Shown here in pieces: positions 24,391 to 25,982 of a DNA stretch of 25,982 nt. Every line of letters starts with the position of its first letter. Position 1 is the first letter of the stretch. The stretch lies in contig NW_021836107.1 in NCBI RefSeq assembly GCF_006345805.1, forward strand, positions 1 to 25,982. The letters run 5' to 3'. The position numbers and the translations under genes are program-made. The DNA is from Octopus sinensis (lineage: Eukaryota). Below the pieces are notes generated by a model. The model did no database searches, had not been told where the DNA came from, and saw only the letters and a list, made by a program, of their open reading frames with translations.

Positions 24391-24592
24391 ATTTTGGCAT
24401 AAGAACAGCAATTTCGGGGGAGGGTATAAGTCGACTACAGAGATCTCAGTATTCAACTGGGACATCTTTTATCGACCCTGAAAGGATGACAGGCAAAATT
24501 GGCGTCAGTGGAATTTGAACTCAGAACATAAAGACGGACGAAATGCCTCTAAGCATTTTGCCTGCGTGCTAACCATTCTGCCAGCTCACCGA
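24391..24592 (-). mobile_element. Family B SINE (a further decayed copy follows at approx. 24625-24810)
   Basis: TTTTATCGACCCTGAAAGGATGACAGGCAAAA..GAATTTGAACTCAGAAC..GCGTGCTAACCATTCTGCCAGCTCACCG. Confidence 0.75.
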
Positions 24593-24859
24593 TTTAGTAA
24601 TATTAAAAATAATAATAATGACGGTTTTAAATGTTGGTACAAGGTCAACATTTATAAGGGAAAGGGAACAGCCAATTATACTGATCACTGTGGTTTGTCT
24701 AGTAGTAGTTTTATCGTCCACGAAAGGAGGAAAAGTAATGTTGTCCTCGGCGGTGTTTGAACAGAGAACCTAATTATCCGTAACGAAATACCACAAAGCA
24801 TTTTGTATATCACTCCAGCTATTTTTTGGTGCTTTTTCTTTTCCGTTGGTCCTCTGTAA

Positions 24860-25246
24860 TCTATATATATAAAGCTGAAGCTGTCTGTGTGTGACAGGTT
24901 TGGTAGCTTTCAACTAACACTATCTCCTCCAAGACCCTGTGGCGCAAGTTGACCAAAATTGAGAGTATGATAGAAGAAGGCTTGTTCTTCCTTCCGTAGA
25001 AGAAAAGATTCAAATCGGACCATGTTATCACCAAAAATTATTTACATCAAAAGGTGTTTTTTCTATGAAAATCCCTATTGTTTACGATATTTTGACTGCT
25101 GTGTCGCCATTTTTCGGTTTAATTCAACCAGAAAATTGTTCACTTAAAGAGAATAACAAGCTACATAATGCAAAATTTTTACTTTTCAGAAATTCCAATT
25201 CTAAAGGGTTGAAACAAACCCGAGCAACGCCGGGCGATACTGCTAG
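24860..25246 (+). mobile_element. Non-autonomous Helitron (387 bp)
   Basis: 5' A|TCTATATATATAAAG, 3' hairpin CCCGAGCAACGCCGGG (25219-25234), then CTAG|T; A/T target, no TSD. Confidence 0.88.
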
Positions 25247-25800
25247 TTCGTGATAAAATCAGTGTTAAGATATTCTACATTGTAGACAGGCAGGTTATAG
25301 GTCTGCAGTTCTGAAAGTCTGGTATTCCTTCAGTCTTAGAGACTGGAATGGTGTTTTTACCCTATACAGAGCCATTGAGATGTTCTTTGTGATTATTTCG
25401 TTTAAATATCTTTGTGAGTATTTTTCCATTGTATAGTATCTCGGTTACTTAAGTTGCGGTTTTTGTTTCCTTCTTGTTTTTCTTTTTTTCTATTTTTATT
25501 CTCCACATTTATTCTATTCTGTCTTCTTCTTCGTCGTTTTTTTTTTAACTGTTGATGATCCACCCACGGTCCAACACAAATCAGCCAAATGCTTCAACTC
25601 TCACGTTGTTGGTGCTGAAATGAATTCTACTTTGATTCTTCGTAGTTTTTGCTTTCAAAAAATCATTTTTGGTTGGAGACGAACTGTTTGCTTTGTTTAA
25701 AGAATTGTTTTCAATTTCTCATAACGACAGAATCTTTTCTATTTAGCGAGGATCTCTTGACTTCGTCATTCTTTGATTTTAAGTGCTTCTTTTCATTTCT
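25247..25800 (-). pseudogene. Decayed non-LTR retrotransposon (R4/Dong-like) RT N-terminal region
   Basis: Minus frames with indels and stops: EALKIK..KRFCRYEK..KQFFKQSKQFVSNQK..VEAF.. and QWLCIG(fs)KNTIPVSKTEGIPDFQNCRPITCLSTM*NILTLILSR; RPITCL at 25287-25304 is the non-LTR RT (N-Y-R-P-I) motif. Confidence 0.75.
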
Positions 25801-25822
25801 TCTTCTTCTTCTCCTTCTTCTT

Positions 25823-25853
<31 letters not shown>

Positions 25854-25942
25854 TTATTATTATTATTATTTTTTATTATTATTATTAATTATTATTATTA
25901 CTACTATTATTATTATTATATTATTATTATTATTATATTATT

Positions 25943-25977
<35 letters not shown>

Positions 25978-25982
25978 TATTA
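25797..25982. repeat. (CTT)n/(ATT)n/(ATC)n microsatellite
   Basis: Direct reading. Confidence 0.95.

Overview
AT-rich eukaryotic repeat-dense DNA (intronic or intergenic) with no intact protein-coding gene, rRNA, true tRNA or CRISPR array that I can support. The SINE and microsatellite content looks like a coleoid cephalopod (Octopus-like); this is inference from recall, not a database result. Contents: many tRNA-derived SINE copies (several families, chimeras and multimers), a decayed Penelope-like element (PLE) with a GIY-YIG endonuclease, two non-autonomous Helitrons, a decayed R4/Dong-like LINE RT fragment, a mariner scrap, a ~174-bp palindrome and extensive microsatellites. The most interesting signal is a set of five hammerhead-ribozyme (HHR)-like motifs. 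The best (core 8125-8169) is a type I hammerhead at the tip of a ~134-nt rod-like fold, inside a 352-nt unit with a 38-nt terminal direct repeat (7947-8336). That is the architecture expected of an animal non-LTR retrozyme, a circRNA-producing non-autonomous retroelement, and it lies ~2 kb from a PLE that could represent its mobilising partner. Every HHR core here deviates at one or more conserved positions, so these copies may be inactive.
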